Assembly: GCA_903889915.1 (NCBI GenBank)
Contig: CAISZK010000029.1
Coordinates: 1 to 59,116, forward strand
Direction of reading: 5' to 3'
Source of the DNA: an uncultured Bacteroidota bacterium
GTDB lineage: Bacteria; Bacteroidota; Bacteroidia; Bacteroidales; CG2-30-32-10
Length of the DNA: 59,116 nt
The notes under the pieces were generated by a model. That model saw nothing but the letters and a program-made list of their open reading frames with translations. It did not search any database and was not told the DNA's origin. Positions 19,548 to 29,878 of this stretch are shown here, one piece after another. The position numbers were made by a program, and so were the translations under genes. Within the stretch, counting starts at the first letter, position 1. Each line of letters begins with the position of its first letter.

Positions 19548-20632
19548 TTTGCTACCTCCTTCCATTGCAGAAAATTTTCATATTCTTTCTTTTGTCTTTT
19601 CAATTCATCGGGCATATCAACAAACGTATATTTAAACACATCCTCAAGTTCGTATGGTGCATGTTGTTCTGCCTTTTCAAACTCTGCTTCTATGTCCTTT
19701 TTATACTGGGCTACAAGTTCATCTTCGTTTTCTTTCAGCAGATCTTTATCCTGCAAAAACTGCCTTAATCTTTTCAAAGGATCAGCCTTTGCCCAATATT
19801 CTTCTTCTTCTTTGCTGCGGTATTTTGTGGGGTCATCCGATGTAGTGTGTGCTCCTAGTCTGTATGTAAGTCCTTCAATCAACACAGGGCCTTTTCCTGA
19901 TTTTGCATATTCCAGCGCTTCTTTTAAAGCGGCATACATGGCAAACACATCATTGCCATCAACCTTGATACCTGGCATTCCAAAAGCAACCGACTTTACA
20001 GCAAGATTCATTGCACTGCTTTGTTTTTTCACAGGAACAGAAATAGCAAACTGGTTGTTCTGAACAACAAAAATTACCGGGACTTTCCACACTGCGGCAA
20101 AATTCAAAGCCTCATTAAATTCTCCAGTTGAAGTGCCTCCATCACCCACAAAAGTGAAGACCACTTCATCTTTCTTTTTGTATTTAATGGAATAGCCAAT
20201 GCCAACTGCATGCAACAATTGCGAGGCAATAGGAACTGCCATTGGAAGCATATTTTTAGCATCTTTAAAAACAGTTCCTTCCTCAAATCCCATGAAATAT
20301 AAAAACATTTCTCTGAGGGTCGCTCCCTTTGCCAGCCAGGCTGACATTTCACGGAATGCAGGGATCAGCCAATCATTTTCGCGCATCACCATTCCGGCAG
20401 CAACTCCAATGGCTTCCTGTCCATAATTTGGAGGATAAGTAAACATTCTTCCCTGCCGCTGAAAAGATACTGCCATAATGTCAGCAGTTCTGGCAAAAAG
20501 CATGGATTTGTATGCCTTTAAAATTGTATCGTTGTCAATTTCGGGCATTAATTCGGGATGCAAAACTTTTCCATCATTATCAATAATCTGGAAGAGTTTG
20601 TTCTCTATAGGGTTGTAATCATCAAAAATCAT
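19544..20632 (-). CDS. 2-oxoacid dehydrogenase E1 component alpha subunit (TPP-dependent)
   Basis: GDGGTSTGEFNEALNFAAVWKVPVIFVVQNN thiamine diphosphate binding motif. Confidence 0.88.
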   Translation of the reverse strand: MIFDDYNPIENKLFQIIDNDGKVLHPELMPEIDNDTILKAYKSMLFARTADIMAVSFQRQGRMFTYPPNYGQEAIGVAAGMVMRENDWLIPAFREMSAWLAKGATLREMFLYFMGFEEGTVFKDAKNMLPMAVPIASQLLHAVGIGYSIKYKKKDEVVFTFVGDGGTSTGEFNEALNFAAVWKVPVIFVVQNNQFAISVPVKKQSSAMNLAVKSVAFGMPGIKVDGNDVFAMYAALKEALEYAKSGKGPVLIEGLTYRLGAHTTSDDPTKYRSKEEEEYWAKADPLKRLRQFLQDKDLLKENEDELVAQYKKDIEAEFEKAEQHAPYELEDVFKYTFVDMPDELKRQKKEYENFLQWKEVAK

Positions 20633-21069
20633 AATTCTTTAAAATTAATTCAAGGTTGAATTTTTTGTGCATACTTAATTTACAATAATTGTTCCTTTAT
20701 TTTTTATTAACTGAGTTATACCTCAAACGGCATAAAATTCTGCGTTTTTTCATTATTGGTTTGTTGATTTCTGGTTAATGACTTCAGTTATCCACGCTGA
20801 TAACTCAATGAAGTAGCGAAGCTAATAAACCATGAAACAAATAAAATCCGGATACAGGGTTTTCAATTGTGTGAATCAGAATTTATTTGTCACTTGAAAT
20901 TTTCGGACAAAACGACAAACGGATGTATCCATGACAAAATGATCAGACCGTTCAAATAATGGATAAATCTATTAGCAAAGTTATACCCTATCAGCTTATA
21001 TTTCAGAAAAAAAATTACTAATTTTTGTTAATGAATAATTTTTATCACTGTTATGAATCATAATAGTTA

Positions 21070-21077
21070 TACTTTTG
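21070..21077 (+). promoter_or_regulatory. Candidate Bacteroidota -7 promoter box TAnnTTTG upstream of the MarR gene
   Basis: TACTTTTG lies 26 bp upstream of the ATG at 21103. Confidence 0.25.
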
Positions 21078-21102
21078 TAACCATTATTAAAAGTAACCAT
21101 TT

Positions 21103-21555
21103 ATGGAAATAGCAAAATTATCAATGATAACGGATGATATAATTTCATCAAAACCATTGTTCCATAAAGCATTTGGCAGACCTTTCTTTCCGAGTTCAAA
21201 CATTACTCCGGGAGCTTACTACGTGCTGCTACAGCTTTCAGGTGAAGGTGAATTGTCAATGTCGGAAATCGGGGAAAGACTTTCTATTTCAAAACCAAAT
21301 GTTACAACGCTTATAGATAAACTGATCGAGGAAGGTTTGACAGAAAGGCTTGCTGATAAGCAGGACAGGCGAATTGTAAAAATAAAACTGACTAAAAAAG
21401 GGTCTGCTTTTGTTGAAAAAAATAAAAAAATCTATCGTGATCAGATCAATGAAAAACTGCTGACACTTTCAGAAAAAGAACTGGAAAAATTTGTTGCATC
21501 ACTGCATAATATCAAAGCGATCTTAACCAAAATTTCAAAGAGCAAAAATCAATAG
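21103..21555 (+). CDS. MarR family transcriptional regulator
   Basis: 150 aa winged-HTH. ...LSMSEIGERLSISKPNVTTLIDKLIEEGL... Confidence 0.8.
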   Translation: MEIAKLSMITDDIISSKPLFHKAFGRPFFPSSNITPGAYYVLLQLSGEGELSMSEIGERLSISKPNVTTLIDKLIEEGLTERLADKQDRRIVKIKLTKKGSAFVEKNKKIYRDQINEKLLTLSEKELEKFVASLHNIKAILTKISKSKNQ

Positions 21556-21592
21556 AATTTTAAAAATACTAACTTTTAGAATCGAATTAATT

Positions 21593-22636
21593 ATGGAGAA
21601 TCAATCAAAATCTATGGAGAATCAGTCAGCGCCTGCCGGTAAAAAAAGAAAGAGAATGACGAGATACATACCGCTTGTTATAATAGTTCTCATCGTATTT
21701 ACCCTGGGATGGATGTGGTATAGAAACTACCTGAAATATATTTCAACTGATGATGCCTATATTCAGTCAGACAATGTTTCAGTCAGCTCAAAAATTCTCG
21801 GACGAATAGCCACTGAATATGCTGATGAAGGTGATTCTGTCAAGAAAGGTGAACTGATAGCCGTGCTCGACAGCACGGATCTGATAGCACAGGAAAACCA
21901 GGCGATAGCACTGAAAGATCAGTCAATTTCCACTAAAGCACAATCGGAAGCATCTTACAAATATGACGGCGAAAGTGTAAAGGTGTTGAAAGTTAGTCTT
22001 GACAAAGCACAGGAAGATTTTGACAGAGCGAAGATACAATATACAGGTAATGTGATCAGCAAAGAAACTTATGATCATTCCAAGAAAGCACTTGAATCAG
22101 CACAAGCTTTGTATGATGCTGCCAAGGTAGCCCTCGACGTATCAAAAGCTAAAATTGAAAGCGCCGCTGCTGCCATAAAAAGTGCTGAATCGCAGGTTGC
22201 ACTGATAGAAACACAAATTAAAAACACCAAATTATATGCTCCAATGGACGGCATCATTGCAAAAAGGTGGTTGCTGCCGGGAGATATAACTACTGCGGGT
22301 CAGTCAATTTTCACCATTACAAATAATCAGAAATTTTGGGTGCTGATCTATCTTGAAGAAACCAAAATTTCAAAACTTCATTTAGGTCAAAATGCAAAAT
22401 TCACTGTTGACGCTTTTGCAGGTACTACTTTCACCGGGAAAATAATCAGCATAGGATCAAACACTGCATCACAGTTTTCATTAATACCACCAAATAATGC
22501 ATCAGGTAATTTCACGAAAGTGACACAGCGTGTACCACTGAAAATTTCAATTGACGGAACAGAAGACGGAACAAAAATTTCTTCTTTCAGGTTTTTGGCC
22601 GGTATGTCAGTTGTCGTAAAAATCATCAAAGATTAA
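21593..22636 (+). CDS. HlyD/EmrA family efflux periplasmic adaptor
   Basis: Single N-terminal TM segment, long coiled-coil and a beta-barrel C-terminus. Lies upstream of an MFS pump. Confidence 0.8.
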   Translation: MENQSKSMENQSAPAGKKRKRMTRYIPLVIIVLIVFTLGWMWYRNYLKYISTDDAYIQSDNVSVSSKILGRIATEYADEGDSVKKGELIAVLDSTDLIAQENQAIALKDQSISTKAQSEASYKYDGESVKVLKVSLDKAQEDFDRAKIQYTGNVISKETYDHSKKALESAQALYDAAKVALDVSKAKIESAAAAIKSAESQVALIETQIKNTKLYAPMDGIIAKRWLLPGDITTAGQSIFTITNNQKFWVLIYLEETKISKLHLGQNAKFTVDAFAGTTFTGKIISIGSNTASQFSLIPPNNASGNFTKVTQRVPLKISIDGTEDGTKISSFRFLAGMSVVVKIIKD

Positions 22637-22637
22637 A

Positions 22638-24263
22638 ATGCGGAAAAGAAGAATTTCACCTTCGCATCGTATCCGCCGACTCGTCAGAAGCAGGGATTCC
22701 GCCTGGCATCCTCAAAGTGATAGTTATAAGTGGTGGTTACTGGCAACCGTCATGATAGGAACATTCATGGCTGTGCTTGATGCCACCATTGTGAATGTGG
22801 GGTTGCCAAAGATCATGGCGTCGTTTGGTATTGGCATAGACAAAGCTGAATGGGTCATCACAGCTTATATGTTGGCAATGGCAGTAATGTTGCCTACTTC
22901 AGGCTGGCTTGCCGATAAGTTTGGATACAAACGCATGTATTTTCTTGGCTTGTTCTTTTTTACACTTGGTTCATTTTTTTGCGGCGCTTCAAGCGATGAA
23001 AACATGCTTATTTTATCAAGGATTTTGCAGGGACTTGGCGCCGGTGTGATACAACCTTTGGGAATGGCTATCATTTCACGTGAGTTTCCTCCAAAACAAA
23101 GAGGAGTGGCGCTGGGATTCTGGGGCATTGCAGCTGCAGCTTCTGTTTCATTTGGGCCAATAATTGGCGGCTACCTTGTTGATAATTTCAACTGGCAGCT
23201 TATATTCGATGTCAATATTCCTGTTGGAATCATTGGTTTACTTGCTACAGTTATAATACAACAAGAATATAAAAATCCTAAAATAAGGAAATTCGATTAT
23301 ATCGGATTTATTTCAATCGTTACTTTCTTACCCCTGACATTATACGCACTATCAGAAGGAAACGCAGCAACCAATTCTGCGGGTTGGTCGGCGCCGTATA
23401 TTCTTATCTGTTTCGCTATTGCCATCATCTCACTTGCGGTATTTATTACTGCTGAATACACTGTTAAAGAACCATTGATAGATTTGCGACTATTGAATAA
23501 CCGCAATTTCGGGATCAGCACACTGGTAATACTTATCTTTGGAATGGGGATGTTTGGCAGCACATTTCTTTTACCAATTTATCTTCAGAATTCTCTTAGT
23601 TATACTGCCGTGCAGGCAGGCTCTGTTTTTCTGCCGGTTGGAATTATTCAGGGAATAATGTCTCCAATCTCAGGGAAAATCGCTGACAGAATAAATGCAA
23701 AAATACCGATCATGGTTGGTGTACTCCTACTTGCCATTAGCTTTTTCCTGAACTCATCCCTGTCGTTCCTTACAGAAAACCATTACATCATGCTGTCACT
23801 GTATATCAGGGGGTTTTCAATGGGATTACTTTTTACGCCATTACAAACCATCGCTCTGGTGCAAATTCCAAGGGAAAAAATGGCACAGGCGTCAGGAATC
23901 AGCAATACCATCAGGCAATTGGGCGGTAGTTTGGGAGTCGCCATTTTGGCTACGGTTTTATCATCAAGAGTGAATTTTCATTCTCAAACATACGGGCAGG
24001 CTATTCAGCCAAAATCACAAGTATTTATGAATACCACCCACAACCTTACTTATCAATTGGAGCATAATTCCGGAAGTTCATTGTCTGATGCAATGAAACA
24101 ATCGCAATACATCGTAGTTGCAAATGCAAATAAGCAGGCATACATTGAGGGTATTGATGATGATTTTCTGATAGCAGCCATGATTACGCTCGTAGGTGCT
24201 ATTCCAATATTATTATTAGTGGCAAAGAAAAAAAATCCCGCAGGATTAGGATCAAAAAAGTGA
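22638..24263 (+). CDS. MFS transporter, DHA2 (EmrB-like) family
   Basis: 14-TM pattern. ...GTFMAVLDATIVNVGLPKI... signature. Confidence 0.85.
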   Translation: MRKRRISPSHRIRRLVRSRDSAWHPQSDSYKWWLLATVMIGTFMAVLDATIVNVGLPKIMASFGIGIDKAEWVITAYMLAMAVMLPTSGWLADKFGYKRMYFLGLFFFTLGSFFCGASSDENMLILSRILQGLGAGVIQPLGMAIISREFPPKQRGVALGFWGIAAAASVSFGPIIGGYLVDNFNWQLIFDVNIPVGIIGLLATVIIQQEYKNPKIRKFDYIGFISIVTFLPLTLYALSEGNAATNSAGWSAPYILICFAIAIISLAVFITAEYTVKEPLIDLRLLNNRNFGISTLVILIFGMGMFGSTFLLPIYLQNSLSYTAVQAGSVFLPVGIIQGIMSPISGKIADRINAKIPIMVGVLLLAISFFLNSSLSFLTENHYIMLSLYIRGFSMGLLFTPLQTIALVQIPREKMAQASGISNTIRQLGGSLGVAILATVLSSRVNFHSQTYGQAIQPKSQVFMNTTHNLTYQLEHNSGSSLSDAMKQSQYIVVANANKQAYIEGIDDDFLIAAMITLVGAIPILLLVAKKKNPAGLGSKK

Positions 24264-25615
24264 AAAATATGAAAAAACAAAGAAACGGTCTTTTATTCAA
24301 ATTTGTTATTATCATTAGTGTGGTGTGCTGTTTTTCCGTTCACGGACAAATACGCACTGACACTGCAGGCAGTAAGATCGCTGGAGATTCCCTGACACTT
24401 TCAAAAATAATCAGCATCGTTGTGCAAAACCATCCTTCAGTAAAGGAGATGACCGAAGCTATCAATTATGCTGATGCTGCCATCGGTTTGGCTAAATCGG
24501 GATATTATCCCAATGTTGATGCCGAAGCCTCATACACCCGTCTTGGCCCTGCTGAAAAATTATCCATTCCGATGCTTGGTTCATTCGAACTCTACCCTGT
24601 CAATAATTATTCCGCATCTCTCAACTTTGTGCAAAGTCTCTATGATTTTGGTAAAACTGCTAAAAACGTTCAATATGCCAGTGAAGTCAAAAATCTCAAT
24701 GAACTTTCCATCGAACAGGTAAAGCAGAAACTCGCATCAACTGTTACCTCCCTGTATTACGCAGTAGTTTATTTGCAGGAAGCAATTTTGATCAATAAAG
24801 AACAACTATTAACACTGAACGGGCACCTCGATTTTATTCAAAAAAAGAAAGAATCGGGCTCGGCAACACAATATGAAATTCTCAGCACCAAAGTAAAAAT
24901 CTCGAAAGTTGAAAGTGATGGTATTGACCTGCAAACAACCCTCGATAACCAGCTTACCGAACTGAATTCGCTCATGGGACAGGCCTCAGCAAAGCGTTTC
25001 AATGTAAAAAAGGACCTTGAAATAAAATTGCCGGATCATCCATCTGATTCACTTATTCCTTATGCCTACAAACACCGTGATGAAACGATTATCCTGAATG
25101 AGAAAACAACTTTGGCAGGCATGAAATACAATCTGGTAAAAGCTCAGAATAATCCTGCATTTAACCTGTTTATTACCGGTGGCGGGAAAAACGGTTATTT
25201 CCCCGATCTGAATGCAATAAAGCCAAACTTTGTTGCAGGCGTAGGTTTTAAATATACCCTCTTCGATGGTACCAGAACGAAATTTGCATTGCTGCAGGTA
25301 AAGTCAGGTATGGAGACAACGTCCCTGGAAACTGAGCTTGAAAAAAGAACCATTTCCAGCGAGGTCACCGAAAATGAAGACAACCTGACATCGTCCATAA
25401 AAAAGGTTGAGCATAATGAACTGCAGCTAACACAAGCACAGGAAGCATTTTCTCTGGCACAGACCAATTACACTGCAGGAAACATAACCAACCTTGATCT
25501 TCTTGATGCAGCAACCACCGTTTCGGAAAGCAAGCTGCTTCTGCTGAAATCAAAGATTGGCTACATTATTAATGTGTATAAATTGAAGGCGGCTATTGGG
25601 GAGAGGTTGTATTAG
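24260..25615 (+). CDS. TolC family outer membrane efflux protein
   Basis: Signal peptide. Two repeated halves with coiled coils. Operonic with the HlyD and MFS genes. Confidence 0.8.
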   Translation: MKNMKKQRNGLLFKFVIIISVVCCFSVHGQIRTDTAGSKIAGDSLTLSKIISIVVQNHPSVKEMTEAINYADAAIGLAKSGYYPNVDAEASYTRLGPAEKLSIPMLGSFELYPVNNYSASLNFVQSLYDFGKTAKNVQYASEVKNLNELSIEQVKQKLASTVTSLYYAVVYLQEAILINKEQLLTLNGHLDFIQKKKESGSATQYEILSTKVKISKVESDGIDLQTTLDNQLTELNSLMGQASAKRFNVKKDLEIKLPDHPSDSLIPYAYKHRDETIILNEKTTLAGMKYNLVKAQNNPAFNLFITGGGKNGYFPDLNAIKPNFVAGVGFKYTLFDGTRTKFALLQVKSGMETTSLETELEKRTISSEVTENEDNLTSSIKKVEHNELQLTQAQEAFSLAQTNYTAGNITNLDLLDAATTVSESKLLLLKSKIGYIINVYKLKAAIGERLY

Positions 25616-25794
25616 AAAAAGACTTAAAGACCCAAGGCCCAAATTTCAAATTCCAAAACCCAAGTCAGTTTTCGACTATTCAAGGTGTTTTATTTTACAA
25701 TCTTGTTTAGTATAATTCGTTAGCTAACATTCCTAAAATTGTTATTTCTCCTTGCAAAATTGAATTCTTGCAATTACTTATGCTCGGTTGAACG

Positions 25795-25975
25795 GAATAC
25801 ATGTTATAGTGACTCTAACTCAAATTACAGACACTTTTCATCATGTAAAGTCGTCCCGAATACATGTTACAGTGACTATAACTCATATTACAGACACTTT
25901 TCATCGTGTAAAGTCGTCCCGAATACATAATACAGTGACTAAAACTCATAGTAGGGACAACTTTACAACTAGTAA
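25795..25975. repeat. 62-bp tandem repeat, ~3 copies
   Basis: gaatacatgttatagtgactctaactcaaattacagacacttttcatcatgtaaagtcgtccc is repeated, and the third copy has diverged. Confidence 0.8.
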
Positions 25976-26116
25976 AGCGGCTTTTACATCTTGCAAAGTC
26001 AATAATTCACTTAATAAGCGGGATTTAAGTGGTGATTATACATCCCATTATTAAATTGCGGCGGAGTGCGCTTCGAATCATCTTCAGGTACGTTGACCAG
26101 TTCCGCCACGACTTAA

Positions 26117-27415
26117 TTAAAAATTCCCAATTTCAGAAATTGCATACAGCGGCAAATTTATCAGCCAGTCCTCTTTCTTGTAATCAGACATTGAACTCCT
26201 GACAGCTATGACCGGGTTATACTTCTGGCAGAATACCTTTAAACTTTTAGCCTGCAAATTTTCTTCAGCTTTCACTTCTACCGGGATAACCTTTCCATTA
26301 TGCTGTATGATAAAATCAATTTCAGCAGTTGATTTTTCTGCTGACCAATAATAAACATTAAATTCTTTTTCAGAAACCAATTGCTGCAAAACATATTGTT
26401 CAGTGAGGGCTCCCTTAAACTCTTTAAAAATGGCATTACCTTCCAGTAATGTTTTGACATCAATGTTTCCCATTGCTGAAAGTAGTCCAATATCAACAAA
26501 AAATAATTTGAAAGAAGAAAAATCCAAATATGCTTTAAGCGGAATGGCACTGTTAGACACACGGCTGACTTTATGTATAAGACCACCGTCAATCAACCAA
26601 GCCATTGCTATTTCATAATCTTTTGCCCTGGTGCCTTCTTTAATGACACCATAAATAAACTTACGATTTTCTTTTGCCAATTGTGCAAGGACGGAGTTCC
26701 ATAACATTCTTACCTTAGGAACAATTTCATGAGGCGCATGTTTTGAAAAATCCAGTTCGTAAGCCTCCAAAATTTGTTTTTGTATCTCACGGACTTCTGC
26801 ATAATCATTACGCTCACGAAAGGCATTTACAACTTCTGGCATACCGCCGATAAAATAATATTGACGCAAAAGTTGAATATATTTTTGTTTAAAGGTTTTT
26901 ATTAAATCCCATTTTTTGTCCTCAAGAAGCGACACCAGATTTTTTTGCCCAAGAGCCGTCATAAATTCAGTAAGTCGCAATGGATGCAGATCCAGAAATT
27001 CCACTTTACCAACCGGGAAAGAGGTATGCCTGTGCAAAGCGACACCCAGTAAAGAGCCGGCAGCAAGTACATGATATCCGGGAGTGTTTTCATGAAAATA
27101 TTTTAGCGATGTGAGCGCTCCTTCTGCTTCCTGAATTTCATCAAGAATGATCAAGGTGTTGTTTTCATTGAATAATACGCCTGTTTCAATTTGCAAGGCT
27201 TCAACTATCCTGTCAATATTGAAATCCTCCTTAAAAATATTTTGAAGATGTTTGCTGCTCTCAAAATTGACATAAATACACTGTTCGTATTCCCGCTTTC
27301 CAAATTCTTTCATCAGCCAGGTTTTGCCGACCTGACGAGCACCTCTTAAAAGTAAGGGCTTTCTGGTTTTGGATCTTTTCCATCGTTTTAATATCTCTAT
27401 TTCGGCTCTTTCCAT
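26117..27415 (-). CDS. AAA family ATPase (AAA_14 + DUF4143 type)
   Basis: LLLRGARQVGKT Walker A and LIILDEIQ Walker B. Paralog of 39436-40773 and 42372-43499. Confidence 0.8.
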   Translation of the reverse strand: MERAEIEILKRWKRSKTRKPLLLRGARQVGKTWLMKEFGKREYEQCIYVNFESSKHLQNIFKEDFNIDRIVEALQIETGVLFNENNTLIILDEIQEAEGALTSLKYFHENTPGYHVLAAGSLLGVALHRHTSFPVGKVEFLDLHPLRLTEFMTALGQKNLVSLLEDKKWDLIKTFKQKYIQLLRQYYFIGGMPEVVNAFRERNDYAEVREIQKQILEAYELDFSKHAPHEIVPKVRMLWNSVLAQLAKENRKFIYGVIKEGTRAKDYEIAMAWLIDGGLIHKVSRVSNSAIPLKAYLDFSSFKLFFVDIGLLSAMGNIDVKTLLEGNAIFKEFKGALTEQYVLQQLVSEKEFNVYYWSAEKSTAEIDFIIQHNGKVIPVEVKAEENLQAKSLKVFCQKYNPVIAVRSSMSDYKKEDWLINLPLYAISEIGNF

Positions 27416-27816
27416 GACTTTTACTTAATAAGAAGTTGCAAATATACATTAAAATGAACAACTTTACGGTCAACTTAACATTTTATTGAACGACTTTTTG
27501 TGATTTAAAGCATTTTTTAGGATGACTTTTGATTTACAAACCTATATTACCGGAGTAATCGAGAAATATTAACAACACTCTATAAACTTATCAAAATAGA
27601 AGTGCATACAATTGAAATAGGCACCAACTACAAAAACAATATTGTATAGAATTTGAATTATGGAATATTAAAGGAACTCTTGAATAATGATTAGTGAAAA
27701 GGATTATTCTAAAAGGAAGGTTATTGTGAAATACATGTGAAAGTATGTTGGGAATAAAGATCAACTAAAGCGCCTGCAGTTTTACCAATGTTCATCCGGC
27801 GGCTAAATATTCACAA

Positions 27817-28863
27817 TTATTTTTTTCCTCCCGCAAGATCATATTCCAAATCAAATGGCTTTGCATACCGCGCCGAGGCTAATTTTAGTTTCTCTGCAAT
27901 TTTGTTCTTTAACCGCCGTGGAGCCAATACCTGCATAGATTCACCAAAGCCAAGTATCTCCCTTTCCAGTTCAAAATTCCATATTACCTTTATGGAAAAT
28001 ATCATTCCATTTTCATACTCTTTGACAATTTTTTGTGTAGAATGCAGGGGTTTTGTACAAATGTAAGGTGCGTTCACTTTGTCAACCCACAGAACAATGT
28101 TATAATCGCGTTGAGTGAGCCCTTTTGTGACGCCTATTACATCGTCATAATAAGTGTCAATATTGATGGTGGTGTTTTTTAAATATTTTTCCTTTGCTTC
28201 AGTGATGTCAATTATTCTGTCAAGAGCAAGTGTGAGTATGCTTTTGTTAGATTTTGCACCTAAAATAAACCAGCGGTTTCTGTATTCTTTCAGCAGGTAA
28301 GGGCTAAAGACAAACTTATTCGCTTCTCTTGCTTTGAATGATTTGTAGTTAATTTCGATGGCTTTGTTTGAAACGATAGCTTTGTGAATTGGGTCAATAA
28401 ATTCAAGGCCTTTCAGCAAATCGTTTTTCTCGAAATTGATATAAGCCTTTCCTTTGTGCTGCTGACTGAATAATTTATCTTCAAGTTTACTTACCATTAC
28501 TGTCAACTCCTGAAAGTATCCAAAACCCTTGAATTGCTTCAGCACAGCCACCACTTCATTGAGTGTGCCCAGATCCTGTTTTGTCAGTGGGACATTGCTA
28601 ATGCTGAATCCTTTTTCTGCATAAGTGTAGAATTTTTTATCTGTTACAATAATCGGTGCATTATAGCCCAGTTTCTCACTGCGCATATTTTGCAAATCAA
28701 GTTGTATTGCGCGTTTGCTCACACCCTGTGTGATTCCTTCATATTCGTACAACGCATCCGAACAAGCTTCGACAAGATCATCAAGGGTCCATTTGCGGAA
28801 ACGGTTTTGCAAACAGTTATCTATTGTTTTGTAGCGTATCAGTGCAAGTTTGTTTATTGACAT
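27817..28863 (-). CDS. WYL domain-containing transcriptional regulator (HTH-WYL)
   Basis: C-terminal ...NRWFILGAKSNKSILTLALDRI... WYL-type motif. N-terminal winged-helix-like region. Confidence 0.65.
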   Translation of the reverse strand: MSINKLALIRYKTIDNCLQNRFRKWTLDDLVEACSDALYEYEGITQGVSKRAIQLDLQNMRSEKLGYNAPIIVTDKKFYTYAEKGFSISNVPLTKQDLGTLNEVVAVLKQFKGFGYFQELTVMVSKLEDKLFSQQHKGKAYINFEKNDLLKGLEFIDPIHKAIVSNKAIEINYKSFKAREANKFVFSPYLLKEYRNRWFILGAKSNKSILTLALDRIIDITEAKEKYLKNTTINIDTYYDDVIGVTKGLTQRDYNIVLWVDKVNAPYICTKPLHSTQKIVKEYENGMIFSIKVIWNFELEREILGFGESMQVLAPRRLKNKIAEKLKLASARYAKPFDLEYDLAGGKK

Positions 28864-29319
28864 GGCTTTAATGTTTAGTATGAAGATTCAAAAAAGAGCG
28901 TAAAAAGCATTGCAATTATTTTAAAAATTTCCTGAAACCGGTTTCAATGAGTAAAAAAACACCTGTTTTTATTTGCCGGTTTTCTAAATCTACGCAATCT
29001 ACTTGCGCAATTGAAGGTATTTGACAAAAAACATGAAATTTTAATTTTACTAAAACCAATAGTTTAGCATGAAATATTCTGCAAAAGTAAAAATATTTTT
29101 CATTGCGCAATTCGGTTGCGCAGTACAGTATTTATTTTGCATCATCAAAATGATGAATCGTTCTTTGACTAAAAATATTTTCCTAAACAGGATAAAGATC
29201 TTCCTTTACCGGAAGGATATGAAATAATTTGAAAGGCCTCTGATGAGAGTTTCTTCAGGCTCCATAGTATCGTTAACCGTTGGTTTATGATATGCTGCCC
29301 GTAGATTTATCGCATATCA

Positions 29320-29550
29320 GTTTTGTTGTGTGTCGTGGGTTCGACTCCCACTCCGTGAAAGCGGATAACTCAGGCGGATAGAGTAACAACACTGCGCAGG
29401 TTCGAATCCTGCTCCCAATCAAAAATCGGGATAACTCAATTGGTAGAGTATTGGACTGTTAATCCAATGATGAAGAATGCCACTTCTGAAAAGGCAACCG
29501 GAAAAGAAAGGAATAATGTTGCTCTGTGGTTCAATCCACGATCAGGCCAT
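29320..29550 (+). other. Cluster of tRNA-derived fragments. No complete tRNA could be folded by eye; these may be pseudo-tRNAs or att remnants.
   Basis: T-arm plus acceptor-like segments GTGGGTTCGACTCCCAC, GCAGGTTCGAATCCTGCTCCCAATCA and GTGGTTCAATCCACGATCAGGCCA. D-arms ACTCAGGCGGATAGAGT and ACTCAATTGGTAGAGT. One anticodon arm TTGGA-CTGTTAA-TCCAA (GTT, Asn-like). Confidence 0.4.
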
Positions 29551-29878
29551 GGCTTGAGAGCATGCAGATACCGGCAGGAAAATTGCAAAATTGCAGATGG
29601 TCAGCAATTTCCTTTTACAACATTTCGTTTATCAAATGATGTAAAAGTAACAATGAAAAATCATAAAAAGTTTGTGCAATATTCCCGTCTTAAGCAGGCT
29701 TCCGCCACAGGAAGGATGAGCTTATTATTTCTTTCTTTATTAATGAAACCGAACAATCAGCATAGAAAAGCATAAGAAAAAAGATGTGAATTTATGCGGG
29801 TAACAAAAAAATAAAATGAAAAAAATTGATCAGCATAAGCAGTGCGGATCAGCGTAAAAACAACCTAAAAATAAAATT

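Noticed and set aside
29236-29290. CTGATGAG motif as a hammerhead ribozyme
   Set aside because: The downstream GAAA and helix III elements that a hammerhead needs could not be found, so the motif is isolated.
29440-29775. 111-aa ORF in the tRNA-fragment region
   Set aside because: It starts inside the tRNA-like anticodon-arm fragment, has no ribosome-binding context and gives no recognisable protein. It is probably non-coding.
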